From Macrostomum lignano (lineage: Eukaryota): a DNA stretch of 64,000 nucleotides. The DNA lies in NCBI GenBank assembly GCA_002269645.1, contig NIVC01001808.1, forward strand, positions 1-64,000. The letters are read 5' to 3'. The position numbers were made by a program, and so were the translations under genes. Shown here piece after piece: positions 1-9,119 of the stretch. The notes beneath the pieces are model-generated. The model did no database searches. It was not told the DNA's origin and saw only the letters and a program-made list of their open reading frames with translations. Numbering within the stretch: the stretch's first letter is position 1; every line of letters begins with the position of its first letter.

Positions 1-365
1 CTCTCTTCTCGAATCGGCTAAAGGCCAAGCTAGGCTGCATTAAGATGAAGCTGGTGGACTGCAACAGATTGAGTGGGTGCTGCTAAGGCCAAGCTCTATT
101 CTTTCCTCGCTGAAAGCTCGGCGGCATGCAAAAGCAAAAGCAAAAGGCATCCAACGAAGCGTGCTGAAGAATGAAGTCTCCCACGACGACTACTGTCAAG
201 ATTTTCAAGGGCTTCAAAGCTGTCGCCACTGTTCGTCGAATTGGAAGTGAGAAACATCGCGTTTTCACCATTGAGCAACGTAAGCTCGCTCTCAGTATCT
301 GGGAGGACAAGCGAGCGTGGACTGGCTCGAACTCAAGTCTTCCGTTCGGCACTTTCAGCTGTTAA
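1..365 (+). pseudogene. Protein-primed family B DNA polymerase, C-terminal end, frameshifted
   Basis: Across frames it reads K-DEAGG..IEWVLLRP/KLYSF..AKAKGIQRSVLKNEVSHDDY../TVRRIGSEKHRVFTIEQRKLALSIWEDKRAW..LPFG. This matches the Maverick pPolB tail (KDE..LRPKxYS..KAKG..DDKR). At least 3 single-base frameshifts. Confidence 0.85.
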
Positions 366-1116
366 TCAGGGGTAGTCCGAAAAGGACAGCGGACTGCTTA
401 GAGTGATGCTTTGCACATCTGTGTAACCTTGGCGTTGAAATTTATTGACTTTTACTTATGTACTCCATGAATTGTTTCAGTGGTTTAATTAATCTGAATG
501 ATGATGATGATGATAATGATGGATGATGATGATAATGACAATGCTGGAACGAATAGAGCCAATTCAGTTAGTTACATATTTGTAGTCTCTAAGCAACTAA
601 CTGAACGTAACATTTTCGAGTTGAGTTGTTCAGATTTATTTCAATACGAACTTGTGAAAGCCATGTTGGAATAATTTGCGTCATATCGGTCTGGCTTTCC
701 TCTTTTTTATTATCCTTGAATTTTTGCACAATTGAATGAACTGAGTTACTGTCCTTTTTTATCTTTGCTAGCTTTGCTACTCATATTTTTGTAACCATTA
801 TCCAATGATTATCTGAAAATATTTGCTTCCTTTTTCATTTCTGCTAGTTCTTGTTCGTTTTTGTCTTAGCAGTGCATAATCTGAGTGATGGTGTTGCTTT
901 TTTTTTCTTGAGTTGGTGGTGGTCTGATTAAATTTTCTATACTCAAACTAATATTGCGATTTCAGTTATGAAAATAAAGAAAAGTCGATCGAAGTCTGAT
1001 TTTCAGGTATATTGATTAAAAATGCACGCATCTTAATACGTGGTATATGCATGCAAGAATTATTATATTTTGTTCAGCTGTCGTCTTTTATTAATTGTTG
1101 AAACATATGGTTATTA

Positions 1117-1675
1117 TTAGCACAGAAAACGGACAAGCAAGGAAAAGTCGGAAATTAGCATGCTCATTGTTTTTGCACCACTGAGAACGAATGAGCCATT
1201 GTGAAAAAGCAGGCATTTGCAGAAGCTTAGTTTGCAGATCAAAGCAGAAAATGATCTGGCTCATATTGAGCATTGTAAAGTGTTCACAAGATTAGCGAGG
1301 GGAAGTGCTCTGCACAAGTCAATCTTCCCATGCAGTAATAGTTTTAATCCGCACATGCACAGCTTGATGAGGCAGCAGTTGAGCAGCACTCTGCGATGCA
1401 GCATAGCCACGAAGCGACGAGCGGCCCTGACTGAGCGCCGAGTAGCTCCGGGCGCCACAGACACTCAGTTGTCCAGTCGGATAGAGCAATAGAGTCACTC
1501 TGGGATTCCGCATCCTCTTGATAAGCACTCGGGGCCAGACGGGGCGATAGATGACATGAGCCATGCTGAGAGCCAGTTCCGCGCAGAGGCAACTGGGCAC
1601 CCTGTCTCCAGCAAGTCTCAGATCCACGCCGCCGACCAGATTGGTCACTCGCAGGGCTGTCGCAGGTGTACTCAT
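1117..1675 (-). pseudogene. TATA-binding protein (TBP)-like protein, two-repeat core, frameshifted
   Basis: Repeat 1: LRVTNLVGGVDL..YRPVWPRVLIKRMRNPRVTLLLYPTGQLSVCGARS (TBP: [24 protein letters not shown]). Linker RAARRFVAML (TBP: AARKYAR). Repeat 2 in shifted frames: RIKTITA..KIDL..YEPDHF..LLFHNGSFVLSGAKT (TBP: YEPELFP..LLIFVSGKVVLTGAK). About 186 codons, the size of a TBP core. Confidence 0.8.
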
Positions 1676-1676
1676 T

Positions 1677-2187
1677 TTAGAGAGAGTCCTTTCCTGTGGT
1701 GCTGTCTTTGCGAGCTTTTGAGTGGTGCGGGCACACCTCGCTTCTTAAGTTGATACAGAACTTCGGTTTCAGCCAGTTGTAGTACAGTAATACATTTTTC
1801 ACTGCACAACCAGTATCAGATGCTTGAATCAAAGGTGATCCCAGATCCTCTAGGTTGTACACCTGTCTGCCAAGCAGCTCAGTCAGAAAATGACTTCTTC
1901 ACCCCGCTTGTCCAGGTGGGACCGTAAGCAATGTTTAGAATGTCATTAGCCAAATGCATGTACGGTCGAGATCCATCTGTCCACTTGAAATGATGCAAAT
2001 TCTTTGAGAGCTTTCTGTAATGCACTTGCATCTCAGGTGAGATTCTCTCCCATGAGAACGGAGAGGCGTACACGTGATGAGTGATATGGTAACTGCCAGC
2101 CCGGACTTGGGCAATGGCCAGCTCCTTCACAACGAAATCTCTGCTCGATCTCTCGCGTGGGAAGCCTTGGAAGTCAATATAGTTCAT
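1677..2187 (-). pseudogene. Maverick-type DEDD/DnaQ-like 3'-5' exonuclease-like protein, split by a frameshift
   Basis: YIDFQGF..FVVKELAI..YASPFSW..LHHFKWTDG..Y (ORF 1879-2187) continues as LEDLGSP..CAVKNVLLYYNWL (ORF 1677-1862). I recall this pattern from a conserved Maverick accessory family. Confidence 0.6.
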
Positions 2188-2367
2188 GATCGGATGGTTT
2201 CAAGACGCAAGATGTCGGGAAGCCGACTCAGTCCCCTTCTTAAATAGTTTTTTTTCCTGCTCAGGTGTAGCCAGGCTCTCCCACTCACGAATCCCTTAAC
2301 TGTATGATGTGCAGGGGTGGCCTCTGGAGAAACAGCCGTTTAGAAATTAGCTGCCTTACTGACTTTC

Positions 2368-2918
2368 CTATAGCCGAAGCTGGGATGTTAAGCTTTTGTC
2401 TTGAAGCAATGAGACAAACTCACTCCAGCCTACCGGCTCGCTGGCACATTTTGAATCCCTCACCGCACTGTGAAACAAATCCAGGATGTTTGAGGAGGGT
2501 ATTGTCTTCCCAGAAATTTGCGCCTCGCCATTTTCGGACACCCGAATCAGAGAGGATTGCCAGATAGGATGGCCCATAGACTGCGGGCTCTCGCTTTAAA
2601 CTTCTGCGGCACGGATTGGGTGATCTTTTCCCCCCAGCTGCTTGGTGCAATATCTGTTTTCAGCATCTTTGCATCACTCGCAGGTACCGCACCATTCTTT
2701 CCAGTCCGCTTGCGCTTGACCAGCAAACTCTTCATCGCATCATGGTACATGGCAGCTTTCACATCGTCTGGGCAATCCTCGGCAAGCAAAATATCATTGC
2801 ATTTCCTCTGCGCATATCTCACAGCAGTGTCCATTTCAGACTCGACTAGCTTCAAATTCTGTGTGAGCATGTCGTACTCTGACTTGGGGATCAGAACCAT
2901 TTCTGAGAACTTATTCAT
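2368..2918 (-). pseudogene. Conserved Maverick/adintovirus hypothetical protein (resembles the family labelled GasderminX), frameshifted
   Basis: N-terminus EMVLIPKSEY..DILLAEDCPDDVKAAMYHDAM (2547-2918) and C-terminus GKTIPSSNILDLFHSAVRDSK..PVGWSEFVSLL (2368-2577). Position between the exonuclease-like gene and the ATPase block. Confidence 0.55.
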
Positions 2919-3258
2919 TTTGCTTCTTTTTCTTCACTAGCTTTATTAGAATGTAGAGAATTTTGATAAAACCCGTATTTAGCAGATCCGCAGCTCTTCT
3001 ATGTGTAGAAATTTTGCGGATTATTTGCTTTTGCTTCACCAGCGCTGCCTTTTGAGTGAGTGAGAACGACAGAGTGTTTTGCAATAGGTTGTAGCAGGCC
3101 TCAATGAGAAATTCACGTACGGCTTTTGGACCCGCTCTGATCAACAGACGTTTAAAGCTGATGGAATATTTCGGTGACGCGAGAACATTAAACAAACTTT
3201 CATGTGAGTCAAAGGTTTCCATTATCATTAGTGTTGCAGAATATAGAACAAATGGCAA
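2911..3258 (-). CDS. Small basic Maverick/adintovirus protein (cupiennin-like family) ending in an amphipathic helix
   Basis: EFLIEACYNLLQNTLSFSLTQKAALVKQKQIIRKIS..GFIKILYILIKLVKKKK resembles the conserved CECALNxLxGNVPLS..GGFL family. It lies next to the ATPase. Confidence 0.55.
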   Translation of the reverse strand: MPFVLYSATLMIMETFDSHESLFNVLASPKYSISFKRLLIRAGPKAVREFLIEACYNLLQNTLSFSLTQKAALVKQKQIIRKISTHRRAADLLNTGFIKILYILIKLVKKKKQNE

Positions 3259-3275
3259 AATCTCGGCTGTTATTC

Positions 3276-3927
3276 TTAAGTGTAAACCAGGTGGGGTCGC
3301 TGATTGGGCAGGATTCGAGCCCGGACCCGCAGCTCATCAGGGGTGGAAGGGTGAAAATCCAGGAGCAGGTAGGCTCCCTGCCGTGCGATGTCACGTGCTT
3401 GAACACTGACAGCAGAAATCCGGGCTTCTCAGCAAAGCACTGCCTGCCCAGCGCTGCAATCTGCAGCTGGTCTCTGGGGTTCTTCATGATCACAAAGTAC
3501 ATCGCATTCAGACTCATTGTTCGCAACTCCTTCCCTTTAAAAAATACATTTTGGGTCAGCATAACCAGAAAGCAGGGCAAATGATGGGCAATTCCAGTGA
3601 AAACATTTCGCATTGCAGCAGAATTGGAAGTTTCTTCAATCAGGTCATCAAATACAACCAGGTCATTGGTCTCAGTGCGGTCTCGATACTGCTGGGAAAT
3701 CCCTGCTGCAGGTGCACGCCGAGACTGCTGAGCTCAGAGTGTGCTGCTTGTGAAATCCCGTAGTACCACAGAACTCTCCCAGGCTTCACATCAAACAGGA
3801 CATCCTTGTATTGTATCAGATGTTTCACGAAGGTTGTCTTTCCTGCATTTGTAGGCCCGCTGACAATCATGCAGCTTCCCTGTCGCAGGCGCACATCATA
3901 ACAGTTTATCCGCTCACGTGTTTCCAT
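3276..3927 (-). pseudogene. FtsK/A32-like genome packaging ATPase with two frameshifts
   Basis: Walker A GPTNAGKT. Walker B LVVFDDLI appears in a shifted frame (~3645-3670), followed by FTGIAHH..TQNVFFKGKELRTMSLNAMYFVIMKNPRDQLQI and, after a second shift, YLLLDFHPSTPDELRVRARILP ending at TAA 3276-3278. Confidence 0.92.
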
Positions 3928-3960
3928 CGCCTGTTGAGCTAAATCCCTAATTTTGAAAGT

Positions 3961-4479
3961 CTAATTAAATTTCTTTTTTCTTAAGCAACTCTCAAACCTT
4001 TGCAGCATTCTCTCATTCAAGTGGCTCTGCTGATTTGCATGGAGGTGCCGCAGAACCCACTCAAACGAGCGCTTGAAACGAAACTTTTGATAGGCAAACA
4101 AGAGACAGAACAAACCGCATTTAGCAGAGTCACAGCTCTGAATTCGATTCACATTGCTACGTAAGTAGAATGGAGAATACCAAAAGGATTTCAGTGCTCT
4201 GTGAATGATGTCTAAAGTGCTTGAGTCCCAGCCCAGAGAGTTAAAGAGTTCTATGGTATTCTCCTTATCAGCATAACAAACCACCCAGTGACCGAAGGAT
4301 GAGCTGTACTGAAGCAGAAAGAAAATAAACTTACATCGAGATAAATTTCTTTTGAGAGTTGCTCGCTGAATAAAGTTTAAAGCATAAGATGTTTTATTTA
4401 TTGAATTCAAGACAATAATTAAACAGTTATTTTGTGGCAAAAAGCTTTTAGCCAGTTTAAGCAGTTGAAAAGCATCCAT
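3961..4479 (-). CDS. Adenain-like cysteine maturation protease
   Basis: GHWVVCY..ELFNSLG..RIQSCDSAKCGLFC gives the His/(Asp>Asn)/Gln/Cys arrangement. Located between ATPase and major capsid. Confidence 0.85.
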   Translation of the reverse strand: MDAFQLLKLAKSFLPQNNCLIIVLNSINKTSYALNFIQRATLKRNLSRCKFIFFLLQYSSSFGHWVVCYADKENTIELFNSLGWDSSTLDIIHRALKSFWYSPFYLRSNVNRIQSCDSAKCGLFCLLFAYQKFRFKRSFEWVLRHLHANQQSHLNERMLQRFESCLRKKKFN

Positions 4480-4502
4480 ATTAGCGTTGCGCCAGCGTAC
4501 TC

Positions 4503-5780
4503 CTAGGATGGAAAATCTAACAGAATCTCCCTGTGCTTGGTGACCTCAATCAGTGAGTCATACAGGCACATAACAATCAGAGATACAGGCTCCTCCAGGG
4601 CCTGTCGGAAGCGAATCTCCAGCCGCAAATTGCCCTCCTTCTGTCCGTACCACAGGGCCGCTCCCTCAGGCGTGAGATCGAATGCGAAAGCTGTGTTGCC
4701 GTTGGAGAACAACTGGTAGGGGACCCACGGAACCGAGTTGCTAGGGCTGGCTGACTGACAGCTTTTCAGGTAGTGCAAGTACTCTCTCACGAATGAATTA
4801 TTCTCAGGTGCAAATGCAGCGTGGCACATGGCTTCACCACCTTTCTTTAGTGCTAGCTGGCTGAGGTTGAAGCTCTGGAACTCGAAGGGGCTGGAATGGT
4901 GATGGCCATTGAAGGCTCGGTGTTCACGAAGACCAGCATAACGAACTTCGGCAGTTTGCCATGGGTGAATCCTTCAATGTTTTTTGACTGAATTCCCTGG
5001 GGTAGAATAAAGTTTTGCATTTCGGTTCGCTCGATGGGTAGAGTGCGTTCTGATTGGTCAGTCCCTGTTCATGCGCCAGGCTGATGTGAGGTGCCACTTT
5101 GACTCGGCGCAGGTTCAGAATGCAGTGGGAGATTTCCATTCGGTAGGCTGTGTTGTTATCATCTGGGGTTCGAATGGCGAATGCAGCATCACTGGGCATC
5201 AGCTTGATGTGCAGGTGTAAATTGTTCAGCAGCAGAACAGGACACTGGAAGATGTCGCTGAGCAGCGTCCCGCATACTCCACCCAGCGGACTCCCTGTGT
5301 CTCTCGGCATGCCCTCAGCAGCAGTTTCGGGTTCCAGGAATCCGGCGGGGTAGAACTTTAACTGCTGAGCATCGGATGAGCCATGAGAGCTTTTAGGTAG
5401 GCATGGTAGGGGTAGAGCTGGTCTCCACCTGATACAATGCGCTGGTTGATGCTCACGATTACATCTGAGAATGCCGTAGACAGGACAAAGTTTTCTGGGT
5501 GCACCCCACTGTCTCTGCGCTCAGTGACAACTCCATCGGCATTTCGAACCTCCTCCCTCATCAAAGCCCCGCCAAGCCGGACTAGGCGACAGCGAATATA
5601 CAGGAATGAGCTCAGCAGATCAGTGTACTCATCAGCCGATGGATGACAGTCGAATTCAATAGGCGAGTTAGTAGCAATAGAGTTCACGGGGTGAATATCA
5701 ACATATGTGGATTTTTCAATGGCAGTCTGCAGCACGGGGGACTTGAACAAATCGAGTCTCGGGTTGAATCCGTAAGCCAT
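4503..5780 (-). pseudogene. Major capsid protein (double jelly-roll, PY/hexon-like), split into three ORFs
   Basis: LDLFKSPVLQTAIEKSTYVDIHPV..PIEF..YTDL..LYIRCRL..LYPYHAY; GTLLSDIFQ..LLLNNLHLHIKL..NALYP; FAFDLTP..GNLRLEIRF..LIVMCLYDSLIEV. ORFs 5358-5780, 4924-5310, 4503-4829. Confidence 0.9.
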
Positions 5781-5823
5781 TGCTATGAGAGCGAGTCCAG
5801 AACACGTTTAACAGTCTTTTTGC

Positions 5824-6192
5824 TCACTTTTTGCTTTCCTTTGCCTGTTTTCTTGCTTTGAGTTTTAGACCTCCCTTTCTTAGGTTTATTTCGCCCTGAC
5901 TGGCTTCTTTTCGGTGATTTCTCCGTCTACTCTTTTTCTTCTTTTTTGTCTGCTTCTTACTGCCCTGTTTGACTAGTCGCTGCTTTGGTCTGTTTCTATT
6001 GCTTCTGCTGTTGCTGCTGCTACCGCTGGCGGTGGTATGCCCTGGCTTTGATAGCGATATTGACTTTGTGGAAGCTTCTGGAGGAGGCTGGTAAGTCATG
6101 ATTCCTGGAAAACTCCCACAGCCATAGAGCGCCGGCTTTTGGCTTCCTGCCAGAGTCCCTGAATACTGACGAATCAGCTGTTGGTAGTTCAT
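5824..6192 (-). CDS. Arg/Lys-rich putative DNA-condensing core protein (pVII-like)
   Basis: KQTKKKKKSRRRNHRK tract. LYGC-G fits the adenain consensus (M/I/L)xGx-G. It sits between minor and major capsid genes with an overlapping stop/start. Confidence 0.55.
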   Translation of the reverse strand: MNYQQLIRQYSGTLAGSQKPALYGCGSFPGIMTYQPPPEASTKSISLSKPGHTTASGSSSNSRSNRNRPKQRLVKQGSKKQTKKKKKSRRRNHRKEASQGEINLRKGGLKLKARKQAKESKK

Positions 6193-7016
6193 TGTATTAG
6201 CCTTTCCCGAATATGAACTGTGAGCAGAACAGGGCTGCTGCTCCGAGCAGTCAGTGAGTAGCCAAAGATGTCACGCAGTTGAAATCTAATGCCATGTAGA
6301 AAATTAGCTTTCTGAATCGGGAAGAAAATTGCTTTCTTAAACACTTTGCTCATGTAGCTGCCCCATTCGACATCGGATGACATGCTCACAGTTCGCAGCA
6401 CGGAGTTCCAGTTACAGTTTGTTCGCTCCACAATGCTGCAGTGCAAGTTGATCAGGTTGGTGGGCGGACAACCGATGCAGCAGAGTGACACTTGCCGTCC
6501 GGGTGGGATCTTCACAGGCTGGTTTCCGAATCCCAGCCACTGCAGAATTTTACTTGATGGAAGGAACAATTCTGCTCGAGCCGTGTTGTTGAGCACTACT
6601 GTTCTCAACTCTTGGATTTCAAACTTTATGCCAATATCTCTAGCGCTGCTCCGCCCCATTAAACCGGACTCATCAGCTTCCATTTCAGACTCCCTTTCGC
6701 TCATTGCATCGAAGAACAGTGACTCAGAGTTGGCCAGCAGCTCATTCAGGCGTTCCACCAGTTCCTCCACTCTAGCAAAGCGTCCGGGTTGAAGAACCAG
6801 GGCCTCATGCTCTCTTCCATCTGAGACAGTGAAGCAGTAAGGCTCGTCAACATTGAACCATGCAGCAGGCAGATGGATTTCAGCCAGACCTGCCTCATAG
6901 TCCACATTTCGATCCAAGTAAATAGATGAAGGCAGGTGAAAATGAAAGTCACTAGGAGTACCTTCAGCATTTTCGCTACAAATGATGATGCTTCTCATAG
7001 TTGGGAATGGCTGCAC
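6189..7016 (-). CDS. Minor capsid protein (PX/penton-like)
   Basis: SDFHFHLPSSIYL..YEAGLAEIHLPAAWFNV..LHCSIVE..VLRTV..IRFQLRDIFG..VLLTVHIR. Intact 275 aa ORF. Confidence 0.85.
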   Translation of the reverse strand: MQPFPTMRSIIICSENAEGTPSDFHFHLPSSIYLDRNVDYEAGLAEIHLPAAWFNVDEPYCFTVSDGREHEALVLQPGRFARVEELVERLNELLANSESLFFDAMSERESEMEADESGLMGRSSARDIGIKFEIQELRTVVLNNTARAELFLPSSKILQWLGFGNQPVKIPPGRQVSLCCIGCPPTNLINLHCSIVERTNCNWNSVLRTVSMSSDVEWGSYMSKVFKKAIFFPIQKANFLHGIRFQLRDIFGYSLTARSSSPVLLTVHIRERLIQ

Positions 7017-7028
7017 AATGTCGGTATC

Positions 7029-8108
7029 TTACACTTTTCTTAAGTCCTTCTCATCCACCCAGTCAGTGGACTTGTAGCCGGCCCACTTGACGAGATATCG
7101 GATCTTACCCTTCCGCTTCTCAGTCTTCAGAACCTTCTCGATTACATACAGCCGCTGCGAGTCCGGAACAGCTTGCAGCTCATGCTCGTGGAAGAGGCCT
7201 CTTATGTCTTCCCCCTTCATGTCTCGAATCCTGTACATGTAGGGATAATGCTTTGGTGCCCTAGACACTATGGTGTACACCTCTTCGCTCCAGTTCGCCT
7301 TGTATCCCTTCCTGAAGAGTCTGGGTGCATTGGAAATCCGCACTGATTGGTTTTCACAGAACTTCGGTTTTCTCAGTTTCTCAACTGTCTCAATCGCTTT
7401 CCCATCATAAAGGTTCATCCACACTTCAGTCTCGTTTGCTTTGCTGACATTCATTGGTGTAGTCTTGATGCTTCTGTGGAAAGTATTGTTATAGGACTTG
7501 ACCAGTTTAGGCAGCACATCAAGCCATTGTAGAGTGCTGTTGTGAGTAAAGTAACGCCACATCTTGCTTTTTAAAGTTCGATTCCATCTTTCAATTATGG
7601 CTGCTTTGTGCACACTGCTAGTTGGAAACGCCAGAATCCCCCGGTCTATGCAGAACTGGCGAAAAATTGCGTTGACAAACTCCTTTCCCTGATCTGTGCG
7701 GACAGTGCGCGGCTGCCGCTTTGAGCTCTTCAGCATGCTCTCAAACGCAGATTTCACTTCTGCCGCGCTCTTAGACTTCAGTGCTCTGGCCATTGCAAAT
7801 TTAGACAAAACATCAATGCAGGTGAGAATGTATTTATGCCCGCGATTATACTTTGCAAATGGAATCATTTCCACCAGATCCATCTCCCACTGATCATCAA
7901 TGGCTCTCACTATTATTGGCGCCCTTGGAAATCGTACTCTAGCTGGCTTATGCAGAGTGTGTACTGGCTGCTGACTTAGCCACTGCTCAATGCTCTTGAC
8001 TCCAATATGCTCGCCTCTTTTTCGCAGTTCAGGTTGCAGTTTTGAAGAACTGCAATAGCTCGCAGGCTGATTTGGGTTGAAATAAATTTTTTCCATTTTC
8101 GGAAACAA
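7029..8108 (-). CDS. Retroviral-like (rve) DDE integrase with C-terminal chromodomain
   Basis: WEMDLVEM..LTCIDVLSKF..VRTDQGKEF..AAIIERWNRTLK (D,D,E), NWSEEVY, and chromodomain YVIEKVL..YLVKWAGY..WV. Intact 359 aa. Confidence 0.95.
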   Translation of the reverse strand: MFPKMEKIYFNPNQPASYCSSSKLQPELRKRGEHIGVKSIEQWLSQQPVHTLHKPARVRFPRAPIIVRAIDDQWEMDLVEMIPFAKYNRGHKYILTCIDVLSKFAMARALKSKSAAEVKSAFESMLKSSKRQPRTVRTDQGKEFVNAIFRQFCIDRGILAFPTSSVHKAAIIERWNRTLKSKMWRYFTHNSTLQWLDVLPKLVKSYNNTFHRSIKTTPMNVSKANETEVWMNLYDGKAIETVEKLRKPKFCENQSVRISNAPRLFRKGYKANWSEEVYTIVSRAPKHYPYMYRIRDMKGEDIRGLFHEHELQAVPDSQRLYVIEKVLKTEKRKGKIRYLVKWAGYKSTDWVDEKDLRKV

Positions 8109-8261
8109 AGAAACATTTTTTTTTAGGTTTTCTTAAGACATTGAAAATGCATAGCGCATGTGAAAGCAAGCATATATTTTTTTTCAAACAAAGAGATGGA
8201 AAGCAGGTCTGGATAAATAGCTCGTAGCACAGAGTTTGTCTCAATGTCAGAGGGTCTGCAA

Positions 8262-9026
8262 TCAGTCGAAGCACGGCCTGGGCAGCTTCATGGCATCCAA
8301 TCTGCGCAGAGCGAATGGCGGCTGCTTGCGTTTCCTGGCGTTCTCAGCGGCGGCTGTTTGAGCTCGGAACTGGTACCAGACTGGGTCCTCTTGCAGATCA
8401 GTGTCCTGCCGAGGAATCGCTCCAGCTGCAGGCTTGGTCAGTTGCAGAGGCGTTGAAGTGGCAAACGCTGTGTCGATTTGCAGATTGGATGGCATGCCAG
8501 CCTCGCCAGCAGCAGCAGCAGCATCGTCCTCCGCCTTCACTACCGGCTTGGTCTCTTCCGCGTTTTCGCCAGCATCGTCTTCATTTTCGATGCTGTCGGA
8601 GGAAGATCCCGACTCCAGCTCGTATGCATCGGAAATCTCACGTGGAGCCGATAGCTGCTCGTCGATCCAATCCGCGTACTGCCACAGCTTTCGCCACAGC
8701 GGCGGTGTCAGCGGCACGGTGTTCCGCTTAAGAAACTCGTCGCAGCAGTCCTCCGGCAATCGCTTTAACCAGATAATGCCGTTTTTCACTTCGATGAACT
8801 TATCGAAGCCGAGTTTGACAACCTTTGGCTGTTTGTCCAAGGCCGCCTTGACAAGCGATCGCTTCAACTCCTTGAGCTTCTCCCACTGACGGATGTTCAA
8901 ATTGAAGCCGGGGACTCCAGGTTTCAAACTCGCAGTGCTGCCATGTCGGTAAAATTTTCTGATAGCAATGAACATAACTCCTTCATACTCCTGTATTTGG
9001 AGTTTATATCCTTCGCCGATGTCCAT
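8262..9026 (-). CDS. PC4/Sub1-like ssDNA-binding transcriptional coactivator with a second degenerate PC4-like repeat and an acidic tail
   Basis: IGEGYKLQIQEYEGVMFIAIRKFY..LKPGVPGFNLNIRQWEKLKE (PC4: [44 protein letters not shown]). Second unit KLGFDKFIEV..TVPLTPPLWRKLWQYADWIDEQL. Confidence 0.8.
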   Translation of the reverse strand: MDIGEGYKLQIQEYEGVMFIAIRKFYRHGSTASLKPGVPGFNLNIRQWEKLKELKRSLVKAALDKQPKVVKLGFDKFIEVKNGIIWLKRLPEDCCDEFLKRNTVPLTPPLWRKLWQYADWIDEQLSAPREISDAYELESGSSSDSIENEDDAGENAEETKPVVKAEDDAAAAAGEAGMPSNLQIDTAFATSTPLQLTKPAAGAIPRQDTDLQEDPVWYQFRAQTAAAENARKRKQPPFALRRLDAMKLPRPCFD

Positions 9027-9119
9027 GACTTAAAATCTAACAGAATAAACTATCTCGTCGAAAAAAAATCGTTTTTTCATGAATCAAAGAGATTTTTTGG
9101 TCCTTATATAGACTAAACC

